From an uncultured Candidatus Saccharibacteria bacterium (GTDB lineage: Bacteria; Patescibacteriota; Saccharimonadia; Saccharimonadales; JACQNP01), in NCBI GenBank assembly GCA_964610775.1, contig CAZSZC010000001.1, forward strand, positions 60,017-124,016: a stretch of DNA of 64,000 bases, in the 5' to 3' direction. How positions within the stretch are numbered: position 1 is the stretch's first letter; each line of letters begins with the position of its first letter. The notes below the pieces were generated by a model. It made no database searches. It saw only the letters and a list, made by a program, of their open reading frames with translations, and was not told where the DNA came from. The translations under genes and the position numbers were made by a program. This document shows, piece after piece, positions 35,575-44,736 of the stretch.

Positions 35575-36066
35575 ATGTTTTCGTATGAACTAGAATTTGA
35601 CAAGGGCTTAAGTGAAAGTCATGAATTTATAGAAACTTACTTGCATGCTTCAAGCGGCTTAGAGACTTTCTTGGCAGACAAACATGATTATGTGTATTCT
35701 ATTGCTTTTCCTGGCCAGCCTTTTGGCCTAGAGATAGTTTCAGAATTACGCAATAACTATAGAGGTGGCGAAGTATCAATAATGCAAATTCCCGATGATC
35801 CAAATCATAGGGTGATTTATTGGGCTGGAGCTTGGCTAATTACTGATGATAAAGGGAAGCCAAAAGAGGATGTTATTTTTTATGCAGTGGAGCATTACAA
35901 TATCGAACAAAACGAATGGCATGAGGATACGAAAGTAGAGCTCGATAGAGCTTATATAATCACGAAAGAGCCAGAAAATATAGTAATAAAACCCCCTAAA
36001 GAATTACCGATAGCAAAAACTAGACTCCAAAAACTAGCCAGAAAATTAATCGTAAACAGAACATAG
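35575..36066 (+). CDS. Hypothetical acidic protein (163 aa)
   Basis: ATG ORF with no recognisable motif. It is the first of three consecutive orphan genes. Confidence 0.45.
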   Translation: MFSYELEFDKGLSESHEFIETYLHASSGLETFLADKHDYVYSIAFPGQPFGLEIVSELRNNYRGGEVSIMQIPDDPNHRVIYWAGAWLITDDKGKPKEDVIFYAVEHYNIEQNEWHEDTKVELDRAYIITKEPENIVIKPPKELPIAKTRLQKLARKLIVNRT

Positions 36067-36092
36067 TAGCTAACTATTTAACTATAACAACA

Positions 36093-36121
36093 TTGACTAA
36101 ATAGCGAAAAACTGCTATACT
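36093..36121 (+). promoter_or_regulatory. Sigma-70-type promoter for the 36147 gene
   Basis: TTGACT (36093-36098), a 17-nt spacer ending in TGc, then TATACT (36116-36121). It is followed by a roughly 20-nt A-rich leader ending AAAAACAAAAAA directly at the ATG. Confidence 0.6.
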
Positions 36122-36146
36122 CTTAGTGTAAAGTAAAAACAAAAAA

Positions 36147-37637
36147 ATGAGCGAAATCCCAGGACCATCACCAGAACAAATGAATGTTGAAGCCTCTTTA
36201 CCGCCAAAGACTGAGGTTTCGGGTTTTGATGCACCAGCAGAAGCTCTGGGTCTACAAAATATGAATTTTACAGTTCGTCGAAATGTTTATGATGGCAATG
36301 GTAATAAACAGGACGGCTTTACTGAAGAAACTGGCTGGTTTGTGCAAAGTACACATGAAATCCAAGACGAGGAGGGCAACCCGATTATGGTTGCTCGTAT
36401 TCGAAAAAATGCTCCTGATCCTGGACAGACGCAGCCCGGTACGCCATATAAGGATATCTTGGCTTCCGAGCTTCAATCTTGGCAACATAATGAAGATGAG
36501 GCAGATATTGAAACAGTACCTAGACAAGAGCTCAATAGGTTAAAGAGCACAATGGGTGCCGGGCGCCAGGATATTGAAGATTCTAGCTCAGTAGAAGAGG
36601 CTAAAAAGTACTGGTACAGCCCAGAAGAAGCTGCAGCGATTGATAAATCAAAGTACTCGCAACACAATGAATCACAAGATCCAGCTGAACAGTGGTGGAA
36701 TCAAGAACAGGCACAAGAGTCCAAAGAATTAGAAGCAAATCCAGAGATATCCAATGAGGTAGCTGAAGAAGTCGGCGAAGTAGCAGTTCCACAAGTGGTA
36801 GATTCATCATTTATAGATGGTGATCCACGTTTGGGTGGCGCTGGAGAACGAATAACCACTGGTACTAGTATAGAATCTGCTAAGCCGAATAGCCAAGATG
36901 CCCTAGGCAATGCACAAGAGAAACAAACAACAAAGTTAAATCCTGATGAGGTAATTGAAGGCGACCCACGAAGCGCTGCGGTAGCTGAGATAAATTCTGA
37001 TTCAATATCCGAAGCAAGGGCTAAAGTTCAAGAAGTGTTTAAAAAGTCGGATCATGAAGCATCTGAAGTAAATAGTGGTACAGAAACCGAAAACTCAACA
37101 AAAGAAGATCTCAAATTGAACCATAAGCAACTGGATATGCTTCAAAGTATTACTCAAGATATTCAGCGTATGTCTGAAAATGGTGCACCACAATCAGAGC
37201 TGGACTATCAAGTTGGCGGTATGGTCAACTCTGTATTGATACAGACTAAAAGACTTGCCGAAGAAGGAAAGCCCGAGCCTGGCCTAGAATTGGCGGTGTT
37301 GTCTTTAGAGTTTGGTGCAGCGAGTCATTCTGATAGAGCCTTTAACGAGATAGCAAAAACTTTAGGAAAAGATGAGCGACGTATGTTTGGTATGTTTGCA
37401 AATCAGTTGGATGGTTTGAAAAGGCAGGGTATTAAGGATCCAGCAGAAGTTACATATCATTTACAGAAACAGATTAGGAACGCATTAGATGCTGTAGAAA
37501 AAGAAAGTAGCGAATTTGATAAGGATAAGATGAGAATGGTAATTATGGGTACTGCACTTGGCGCAGCTGTTGAATTTAAACACAAACAAGCTATTTTTGC
37601 GGAGCTTGAAAGCACATTCTCTAAACAAGGCCATTAA
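36147..37637 (+). CDS. Hypothetical highly acidic protein (496 aa), N-terminal domain shared with the next gene
   Basis: Long ORF with its own promoter. The N-terminal pattern LGL...F.VRR...GW.V.S...K.......L.SWQ is shared with the 37642 product. Confidence 0.5.
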   Translation: MSEIPGPSPEQMNVEASLPPKTEVSGFDAPAEALGLQNMNFTVRRNVYDGNGNKQDGFTEETGWFVQSTHEIQDEEGNPIMVARIRKNAPDPGQTQPGTPYKDILASELQSWQHNEDEADIETVPRQELNRLKSTMGAGRQDIEDSSSVEEAKKYWYSPEEAAAIDKSKYSQHNESQDPAEQWWNQEQAQESKELEANPEISNEVAEEVGEVAVPQVVDSSFIDGDPRLGGAGERITTGTSIESAKPNSQDALGNAQEKQTTKLNPDEVIEGDPRSAAVAEINSDSISEARAKVQEVFKKSDHEASEVNSGTETENSTKEDLKLNHKQLDMLQSITQDIQRMSENGAPQSELDYQVGGMVNSVLIQTKRLAEEGKPEPGLELAVLSLEFGAASHSDRAFNEIAKTLGKDERRMFGMFANQLDGLKRQGIKDPAEVTYHLQKQIRNALDAVEKESSEFDKDKMRMVIMGTALGAAVEFKHKQAIFAELESTFSKQGH

Positions 37638-37641
37638 TATT

Positions 37642-38796
37642 ATGAGTGAAGTATTGATGCAAGCACCTCCACAAAGCGAACTTCAGGTAGAAAAAACTGC
37701 AGACTTAAATGCGCGCCAACTGGGACTTGAACCTGGTTTTATGGTTCGGCGTACATCTGGTGAAATGGAACAAGGCTGGGAAGTAGAAAGTATATCGACA
37801 ATACCAGAAGGTGAGTTATATGCAGGCGAGCAGGCAGCAGTAATAATCAAAGAGACTACCGGTCCGGATGGTAACCCACAGATACTCGAAAAGACAGTGC
37901 GCGCTCACGATTTGCTTTCATGGCAAGAGTCCGTTGAGACGGATCGTAATCAGTCGTCTAGTAAGATGGGCAGCATTGCATTATCTAGTGATGTCGAAAT
38001 AGTACCATTTAGCGTGACAGAAAATAACTTGGACAAAGCTAAGGCCGCCTTTAATGCCTCAAAAGAAAGTGATAACTACGCACACTTATTAGGCGGAAAC
38101 GAACTGGATGATATTTTGGACAAGATATCACCAGCAGAACGCAAGCAATTTGAAGCTTGGCAAGTTGAAAACGCTGCAAATAGACCAAAGAAGTTAGCAG
38201 AAATTTTAGATGAAGCTGAAAAACGCGGCAATAATGTACCGTTCATTGCTAGAGAAAATATTGAAGAACTGAAAAATACTCTTGAAGCAACTGGAGTTAG
38301 TGATGTTTTTGCCACCGAGCCAACCGAGGCTGATATTCAGGAAGGCATTAGTCATGCGCGTGATTTGGTTTCTAGAGGGCTGGCTGGTAGTGAACTTGCC
38401 GCCGAGCCATTTATGAACAACGCGGAATTTCAAAATCTTACGGAGAATGCTATATCCAGACAGCCAATATGGTTGGAGGCACCGATATACGTTAACCCAG
38501 GGTCTATTAATGGTGCTGAAGGATTTGATAGCTGGGAGGGTCGTGGGTTGCATGGTGGGGACGAGGTAGCAATTCGTGAAATCGGTAGTTCTGCAGCGAC
38601 ACGCAGTAGTTTTGAGCAGATAGTAGATTATGCGACTAGAGATACACAGATAAAAACGAATTCTGATGGAGTACTGGACATATTTATTACGAAAAACGGA
38701 GTGAAAACCTACACAATAGGATCGCATCGCGCTGCGGCTGCTAAATTACGTGGCGAGCCACTTGGCTACACAGCCATTACAATATACAGGGTTTAA
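37642..38796 (+). CDS. Hypothetical acidic protein (384 aa) with shared N-terminal domain and ParB/Srx-like C-terminal motif
   Basis: ATG 37642 lies 4 nt after the previous stop; the track ORF extends artificially to 37558. The C-terminus ...TYTIGSHRAAAAKLRGEP resembles the G.HR..A....G core of ParB-N/sulfiredoxin-fold domains. Confidence 0.45.
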   Translation: MSEVLMQAPPQSELQVEKTADLNARQLGLEPGFMVRRTSGEMEQGWEVESISTIPEGELYAGEQAAVIIKETTGPDGNPQILEKTVRAHDLLSWQESVETDRNQSSSKMGSIALSSDVEIVPFSVTENNLDKAKAAFNASKESDNYAHLLGGNELDDILDKISPAERKQFEAWQVENAANRPKKLAEILDEAEKRGNNVPFIARENIEELKNTLEATGVSDVFATEPTEADIQEGISHARDLVSRGLAGSELAAEPFMNNAEFQNLTENAISRQPIWLEAPIYVNPGSINGAEGFDSWEGRGLHGGDEVAIREIGSSAATRSSFEQIVDYATRDTQIKTNSDGVLDIFITKNGVKTYTIGSHRAAAAKLRGEPLGYTAITIYRV

Positions 38797-38810
38797 ATAA
38801 GAGGGTTTTA

Positions 38811-39083
38811 TTATTCTACGGTTACTTCGGTGCGACGAACGGATTTACCACTAAATAGGCGTACTTTGCGCTGTTGATATTTAACAACACCATCTTTTTC
38901 GGCATGAATCGTAAAGTTACGGCTCATGAATGTGCCTTTACCAGCTCTTTTAGTAGCACCAGTTTGTCGAACTATAATCTGACCAGTGTTTACTTTTTCA
39001 CCACCAAATAACTTAACACCAAGTCGTTGACCGGGACTGTCATGAACGTTCTTACTTGAGCCACCTGCTTTTACTTTAGACAT
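38811..39083 (-). CDS. rpmA: 50S ribosomal protein L27
   Basis: MSKVKAGGSSKNVHDSPGQRLGVK.FGG..V..G.IIVRQ.G........G...D.T..A..DG.V. Confidence 0.9.
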   Translation of the reverse strand: MSKVKAGGSSKNVHDSPGQRLGVKLFGGEKVNTGQIIVRQTGATKRAGKGTFMSRNFTIHAEKDGVVKYQQRKVRLFSGKSVRRTEVTVE

Positions 39084-39085
39084 AA

Positions 39086-40264
39086 TTACTTCCTTGTTAG
39101 TACTACGAGTTCGCGGCCGACAAATTGGCCTTCGCGGTGATAAATAAGTTTATCATTCTCCGCATGAACAAAACTCTGACGAGTATACCCCAATTCCTCG
39201 AGAGAATCAAGCACTTTAAGGTGTTTAAACCCATTATTAGTTTTCCAGGCAGGTACAGCGATACACATCCGGAAGCCCGGTTTGGTTTGTTGAGCTACAT
39301 TCAGAAGAAATTTTCGGTGAATAACATCGACGTCTCGCATAACTTCTGATAATACTTCTATGTGTGGAGTAGAGGAGAAAGGGCGGCCCAAATACGTCTC
39401 AGCTGCTATAAAATCAAAATTTTTATGCCATCTGTATGATGTCGCGTCGCCGATCTCTGCTAAACAGGTAAATGAGGTTAGGTTAAGTTTATTAGTAAGC
39501 CAATCGATATTGTAATTTGTATATTCAATCATTCTGTTGTCGATATCTGTGCCGTAAACATTGAAACCCATTAGGGCTGCTTCCTGCAGTATTACGCCAG
39601 TGCCACAGAAGGGGTCAAGTAGAGTAGCCCCATGGTAATTACTACCATGTGAACCAATGTTTACGATAATTTGTGCTAGCTTCGGAGGTAGCATGCCAAC
39701 TCTTGCATCGCGTTTGGGTCGTGCTTGGTCGCGCGCGGCATAAGCGTCAATATCTTGTATTGATACGGTTTGTGCTAGGTGAGTTTGATTTCCGTCTCGC
39801 AATAAAATAAGTTCCCAGCCATTTGATGATGTAAGTTTGTTACGAAGTACCTGAGCCGCGTTAAGCTCATTAGCGGTATTTGGTACTATCCTGACTGATT
39901 TGCCAGTTTCGCGAATCACTTTCTTTACTTTAAGCGCAGAGGCATTGATTTGTCTTGGATTAATATTGAATCCGTATACACTTACGCCAACATGCAACTT
40001 TCCTTCGGGTACAAACTTAACAAATTGTGGGGCAGCTTCTAGTAAATAACCTTGGACTTTACTCCAGTCTGAGTAGGGTAGGGTTGTGAGTAATTTACAC
40101 ACACGCGTACTGCCACCGAGTCTAGAAAAGGGTATATAGTCGGCAGGTTTGGCCGACAAGATAGCGAGCTTGTTTACTGGTTTTATCAGATCAGATCCAA
40201 TAAGACTCTCTAGTTCGGCAACACCAATATCTGACTGGCGTCCAAGTATATATAGCGATTTCAT
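39086..40264 (-). CDS. SAM-dependent methyltransferase, UPF0020/Trm11-like (THUMP-less N-domain)
   Basis: MLPPKLAQIIVNI, LLDPFCGTGVILQEAALMG (motif I) and YGTDID. Motif IV reads AETYLGRPF rather than the usual DPPYG. Its stop is 2 nt from the rpmA start. Confidence 0.6.
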   Translation of the reverse strand: MKSLYILGRQSDIGVAELESLIGSDLIKPVNKLAILSAKPADYIPFSRLGGSTRVCKLLTTLPYSDWSKVQGYLLEAAPQFVKFVPEGKLHVGVSVYGFNINPRQINASALKVKKVIRETGKSVRIVPNTANELNAAQVLRNKLTSSNGWELILLRDGNQTHLAQTVSIQDIDAYAARDQARPKRDARVGMLPPKLAQIIVNIGSHGSNYHGATLLDPFCGTGVILQEAALMGFNVYGTDIDNRMIEYTNYNIDWLTNKLNLTSFTCLAEIGDATSYRWHKNFDFIAAETYLGRPFSSTPHIEVLSEVMRDVDVIHRKFLLNVAQQTKPGFRMCIAVPAWKTNNGFKHLKVLDSLEELGYTRQSFVHAENDKLIYHREGQFVGRELVVLTRK

Positions 40265-40315
40265 ACGACTAATTATACGGCTAAGGCGATCTTTTTAGGT
40301 ATAATGTATACAACT

Positions 40316-41362
40316 ATGGTAGAAAAAATTAAACGGCGTGGCTGGAAAACCGTACTGACGGTTATTACTCTTGTTGCATTGGTAGGTATGACTTATGCCT
40401 TACGTGAACAAATAAAACAGACCTTTAATAACTTGACTCAGGTTAATGCTTGGGTGTTATTACTGATGATACCGCTCGAGGTGTATAATTATCATTTTCA
40501 AACCAAGCTTTTCCAAAGAGTCTTTCGTCTGTTGAAAGTTGATGTCGCTTACAAGTTTATGTATCGCGTGGCGTTGGAGCTCAATTTTGTTAATAATGTT
40601 TTTCCTAGTGGTGGAGTTTCAGGTTTTTCGTATTTGAGTTTGCGTCTACATTCCAGAGACGTTTCTACGGCTCAATCGACACTAGCTAATATGATCAAAC
40701 TTATATTAACTTTTGTATCATTTCAGATTTTGCTAGTGCTTGGTCTTTTTCTTTTAGCTATAGATGGGCGAGCTAGTGGATTATTAATTCTTGTCGCCGG
40801 ATCATTGGTGACACTACTCATTATTGGTACATTTGTTTTCGCTTTTATCATTGGAAGCAAGCAAAGAATCAACTATTTCTTTTTAAACATTACAAAAATT
40901 ATTAACAGATTGATTAAAATATTTTCTAGACACCCAGAAGCGATTAATGTTGCGAAGGCAAAGGCAATGTTAAACGAACTACATGATCATTACATGGAGA
41001 TTAAGCGAAATTTGCGACAACTAAATCGTCCATTAGTATATGCGCTACTAGCAAATCTCACAGAAATTCTAGTCATATATTCTGTTTATGTAGCATTTGG
41101 ACAGTGGGTTAATCCAGGCGCAGTGATCATAGCATATGCAGTAGCTAACTTTGCGGGTTTAATTTCTGTATTACCTGGTGGAGTTGGTATCTATGAAGCC
41201 CTGATGACCGCAGTATTAGCCGCTGGTGGCGTGCCGGCTAGTTTAAGTTTGCCAGTGACAGTCATGTATCGAATACTCAACATGGCTATTCAGTTGCCGC
41301 CAGGTTACATTCTTTATCACCGTGCTTTGAATGAAGAGCAGGGTAGTAGTGCAAAGCCTTAG
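40316..41362 (+). CDS. Flippase-like / LPG-synthase-TM (UPF0104) family membrane protein
   Basis: About 8 TMs. LPGGVGIYEALMTAVL resembles the conserved P..pgG.G..E motif of the family (recollection). ATG 40316 is preferred because ATG 40304 lies inside the TATAAT box (40300-40305). Confidence 0.55.
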   Translation: MVEKIKRRGWKTVLTVITLVALVGMTYALREQIKQTFNNLTQVNAWVLLLMIPLEVYNYHFQTKLFQRVFRLLKVDVAYKFMYRVALELNFVNNVFPSGGVSGFSYLSLRLHSRDVSTAQSTLANMIKLILTFVSFQILLVLGLFLLAIDGRASGLLILVAGSLVTLLIIGTFVFAFIIGSKQRINYFFLNITKIINRLIKIFSRHPEAINVAKAKAMLNELHDHYMEIKRNLRQLNRPLVYALLANLTEILVIYSVYVAFGQWVNPGAVIIAYAVANFAGLISVLPGGVGIYEALMTAVLAAGGVPASLSLPVTVMYRILNMAIQLPPGYILYHRALNEEQGSSAKP

Positions 41363-42473
41363 CGACCAGGTCTGGTCGGTTAGTGACTTTGTAGCGGTCT
41401 GTAATCAGACTTTGGAGTTCGCATATCCATTCATAACTATTCGTGGCGAGATTTCCAATTATAAAGTCAGTAAAAATCGCTGGGTTTACTTTGACTTAAA
41501 GGATGAAAATTCTTCGGTTCGTTTTTTTGGTTCGGTTTTTAGTCTAAGCACGGCTATTGAAGATGGCATGATTGTTGAAGTCCAAGGCGCCCCAAGATTG
41601 CATTCTCAATTCGGATTCTCGATAACATTCCAAACAATCAAGCCGGTTGGTGAAGGTTCTATAAAAAGAGCTTTTGACTTACTGAGAGATAAGCTTAGTA
41701 AAGAAGGCATATTCGATCCTGATCGAAAGCGACCAATTCCTTATCCCCCGAAAAGCATTGGGCTTGTAAGTTCATCGGAGTCGGCGGCTTACAGGGACTT
41801 CGTTAAGATTGTTGGTGATCGCTGGCCATATGTAGAGATAGAAATTTACGATGTCCAAGTTCAGGGCGAAGCAGCTGTAGAACAGATAGTAGGCGCGCTT
41901 GATTATTTTAATTCTCATAGTCAGCATGACGCTTTAGTAGTGACACGTGGCGGTGGTAGTGCTGATGATTTGGCGGCGTTTAGCACGGAGAAATTGACGC
42001 GTGCTGTAGCTAGTAGCCGAATACCAACTGTTGTTGCTATTGGACACGAGATCGATATTAGTTTAGCTGAAATGGCTGCTGACTTAAGGGCTAGCACACC
42101 AAGTAATGCTGCTGAGCTGATTACGCCGGATAAAAAGCAGGTACTAATACAACTAAAACAAACCAATAATCACCTAAAATCTTTACTTACTTCAAAATTG
42201 GATGACCAAAAGAACGGTATTGCTAGGCTCAAACAACAAGCTTTTCAATCACTTCACGACAAGATGGCGTATGAACATGAGAAGCTTGCTTATCTAAAAT
42301 CGATAGTCGTTTCACTGCACCCAGAATCTGTTCTAAAGCGTGGATACGCAGTAGTGCGCACCGAGGGTAAGTTGGTTAAATCGGCAGCTAAGCTTTTGGT
42401 TGGGCAGGAAATTGATGTTAGCCTCATCGATGGACAGCTAAAAGCACTAATTCAAAAAATTGAGTTAAAATAA
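41331..42473 (+). CDS. xseA: Exodeoxyribonuclease VII large subunit
   Basis: N-terminal OB fold (..SVSDF.....Q.LE.....I.IRGEISN.K.S.N.W.YF.LKD), the core VTRGGGS.DDL..F and IGHE.D. The start is uncertain because of a 32-nt overlap with the upstream gene. Confidence 0.85.
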   Translation: MKSRVVVQSLSDQVWSVSDFVAVCNQTLEFAYPFITIRGEISNYKVSKNRWVYFDLKDENSSVRFFGSVFSLSTAIEDGMIVEVQGAPRLHSQFGFSITFQTIKPVGEGSIKRAFDLLRDKLSKEGIFDPDRKRPIPYPPKSIGLVSSSESAAYRDFVKIVGDRWPYVEIEIYDVQVQGEAAVEQIVGALDYFNSHSQHDALVVTRGGGSADDLAAFSTEKLTRAVASSRIPTVVAIGHEIDISLAEMAADLRASTPSNAAELITPDKKQVLIQLKQTNNHLKSLLTSKLDDQKNGIARLKQQAFQSLHDKMAYEHEKLAYLKSIVVSLHPESVLKRGYAVVRTEGKLVKSAAKLLVGQEIDVSLIDGQLKALIQKIELK

Positions 42474-42477
42474 AATC

Positions 42478-42678
42478 ATGACCAAAAAAATTGATTATCA
42501 AGACAAGTATGAGCAGCTTAATCATCTAGTGGAAGAAATTCAATCCGGTGCGCTGTCTATTGATGAGGCAATAGGTAAGTACGAAGAAGCCGAGAAGCTA
42601 ATAAACGAACTCGAAAATTATCTAAAGCAAACAGAACTCAGGATAAAGAAAATAACTAGCCCAACTAAGAGTTCTTAG
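42478..42678 (+). CDS. xseB: Exodeoxyribonuclease VII small subunit
   Basis: 66 aa, helical, with ..YE....L..IV..IQSG.LSIDEA...YEEA..L... Confidence 0.8.
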   Translation: MTKKIDYQDKYEQLNHLVEEIQSGALSIDEAIGKYEEAEKLINELENYLKQTELRIKKITSPTKSS

Positions 42679-42679
42679 A

Positions 42680-43216
42680 ATGCATATCTTAAGTATTATT
42701 TGGGATATTGCTGTTGTATTGTCTGTGATAGGTTTTGTATGTTTTATTTTTGTTATTGCTTTCGGAGCTCCATTTTTACCAACCCTAAAACCGGAAATAA
42801 AAAATGCGCTTGATCTAATAGATTTGAAAGAAGGTCAGCACCTGCTTGAGCTAGGTAGTGGTGATGGCAGGATTTTGGTGGCTGCCGCCAAAAAAGGTAT
42901 ATACGCAACAGGTTACGAAATAAACCCACTTCTTGTCATTTACTCGTGGTTAATAACTCGAAGATATAGTAAGTATGTTAGCATTCGTATGAAAAATTAC
43001 TGGAATATTAGACTACCTGAATGTGACGGAATATTTGTTTTTCTGTTACAACCTTACATGGAAAAACTTGATAAAAAAGTATCCAGCGAAATATCCACCT
43101 CTGTAAAATTAGTTAGTTTTGCGTTTACTATACCGAACAAAAAAATTAGCAAAACTCAAGGCGGCATGTATCTTTACAAATATCCTAGCAATAAGGTGTT
43201 GCGTAAGACAGTATAA
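42680..43216 (+). CDS. Membrane-anchored class I SAM-dependent methyltransferase (tentative)
   Basis: N-terminal TM followed by LLELGSGDGRILVAAAKKG (motif I). 178 aa. Confidence 0.5.
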   Translation: MHILSIIWDIAVVLSVIGFVCFIFVIAFGAPFLPTLKPEIKNALDLIDLKEGQHLLELGSGDGRILVAAAKKGIYATGYEINPLLVIYSWLITRRYSKYVSIRMKNYWNIRLPECDGIFVFLLQPYMEKLDKKVSSEISTSVKLVSFAFTIPNKKISKTQGGMYLYKYPSNKVLRKTV

Positions 43217-43234
43217 GACATTATCATAAGCAGT

Positions 43235-43990
43235 ATGCAACCAAACGCGCCACAGATGCCGCCGGGAATGCCGATGGCACCTATGGGGGGTGGAATCCAG
43301 CAACCCGCTATGCCTCCTATTAATAACATGCCCGGACCTAAACGGCAGTTTAATATACTAATAATCCCAGTGATAGCTCTAGTAGTTATCTGTATTTCTT
43401 TGGCTGGCTTTGCGTTTTGGTCATTCTCAGGCCGACAGGACTATAAAAATAACAGTGATAAAAAAGTAGCTGCTGCCGTTACGGTTGCGAAAAAAGAAAC
43501 TGAAACTCAAAAGGACAATGAGTTCGTAGAAAAGGAAAAGATTCCCCATAAGTTTTATAAAAGTCCAGACACACTGGGAACCGTTGCGTTTGAGTATCCT
43601 AAGACTTGGTCGGCCTATATGGTGGAAGATGCTAAAACTAACGGTGGGACACCTCTTAATGGATATCTTCATCCGGACTATGTGCCATCCGACGATTCAG
43701 GAACGGACTTCGCTCTGCGTGTCGAAGTCATAAGTCGACCATACAGCGAAACACTCAAACAATACGAAGGAAAGATCAAACAGGGGAAGATAAAAATAAC
43801 GCCCTACAAACCCGAAAAAGTTTCATCAGTCTTGGGTGTAAGAATGTTTGGAGAAATAATAAAAGGTCAGAGAGACACGATGATACTGCTGCCAATACGC
43901 GATAAGACTTTAGCAATCTGGACCGAGTCAGATAGATATCTTTCCGACTATGACAAGGTAGTCATGTCGACACTGACATTTTCACCATAG
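43235..43990 (+). CDS. Bitopic protein: P/M-rich N-terminus, TM, extracytoplasmic domain
   Basis: MQPNAPQMPPGMPMAPMGGGIQQPAMPPINNMPGP, then the TM ILIIPVIALVVICISLAGFAFWSF, then a roughly 180-aa domain. Confidence 0.5.
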   Translation: MQPNAPQMPPGMPMAPMGGGIQQPAMPPINNMPGPKRQFNILIIPVIALVVICISLAGFAFWSFSGRQDYKNNSDKKVAAAVTVAKKETETQKDNEFVEKEKIPHKFYKSPDTLGTVAFEYPKTWSAYMVEDAKTNGGTPLNGYLHPDYVPSDDSGTDFALRVEVISRPYSETLKQYEGKIKQGKIKITPYKPEKVSSVLGVRMFGEIIKGQRDTMILLPIRDKTLAIWTESDRYLSDYDKVVMSTLTFSP

Positions 43991-44039
43991 CTGATGGTAT
44001 AATAAGTCACATATCTAGTAGGAGGGTAGCGAGACACTA

Positions 44040-44735
44040 ATGTCGGCGCATCATATAGATGGTGACGAAAGGTTAACTAAGACTTTGGCAGAGCAGCTTA
44101 AGTTGTCTTTGCTGCAGATTGCGCGTCAGGCCGAACTCGATCCCAAGACAAATAACGCTTTAGATATCGCTCATATGGCACAGATGTCTTTACGCTTGAT
44201 TGATAGCTACATACTAAGCACTGACGTACATATGCAACATTCACTAATACTAGAGCCAATATCTATAAAATCCGTTCTCTATGATACGGCAAATGATGTA
44301 ACTAGTTATGCTCGAATGTATGGCTGTGAAGTAGAAACCCAATTAGATGGTAAGTTCATGCCAGTTATGGGGAATTCTACGCTATTACGTGCGGCCTTTA
44401 CTTCACTTGCATCAGCTCTTATAGAGGCTCAGTCACCATCAGACGAACGGGGCAGCAAGGTTACGATCGCCACACATAAACATGGCGGTACCATTGTAGC
44501 TGGTGTGTTCGTTAACCAGTCTGGTCTTACAACTGATATGTTTCGTCGTGCTAGGGCTCTTTATGGATCTGCCCGACAACCAATGGTCAACAGTCTTCCG
44601 TCGGCAGCTGCAGGCGTTTTTGTAGCCGATAGTTTATTTAGTTCGATAGCCTCACCACTGAAGGTGGCAAAGCACAATAAACTAAATGGCCTCGCTACTG
44701 TACTGCTGCCTAGCCGACAGCTACATCTTATTTGA
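44040..44735 (+). CDS. Histidine-kinase-like protein with degenerate catalytic motifs (pseudokinase candidate), soluble
   Basis: DHp-like helix TLAEQLKLSLLQIARQAEL (no His at the H-box position). The HATPase_c-like region is LILEPISIKSVLYDT...VMGNSTLLRAAFTSLASALIEA...VFVNQSGL, with N-box Asn and G1 Asp substituted and no GxGxG. Confidence 0.4.
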   Translation: MSAHHIDGDERLTKTLAEQLKLSLLQIARQAELDPKTNNALDIAHMAQMSLRLIDSYILSTDVHMQHSLILEPISIKSVLYDTANDVTSYARMYGCEVETQLDGKFMPVMGNSTLLRAAFTSLASALIEAQSPSDERGSKVTIATHKHGGTIVAGVFVNQSGLTTDMFRRARALYGSARQPMVNSLPSAAAGVFVADSLFSSIASPLKVAKHNKLNGLATVLLPSRQLHLI

Positions 44736-44736
44736 T

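Noticed and set aside
38206-38727. A 173-aa minus-strand ORF, plus many other 60-117-aa antisense ORFs in the track (e.g. 135-422, 1065-1325, 4892-5236, 10663-11091, 11611-11964, 32362-32703, 56601-56945).
   Set aside because: Each lies entirely inside a longer, motif-supported or better-signalled gene on the opposite strand. They have odd composition (Ser/Leu/Cys-rich shadows) and no start signals. I treat them as shadow ORFs.
40304-40315. ATG 40304 as the start of the UPF0104-like membrane protein.
   Set aside because: This ATG lies inside the TATAAT box (40300-40305). ATG 40316 is 10 nt downstream of the box, matching the leaderless pattern seen at many other genes.
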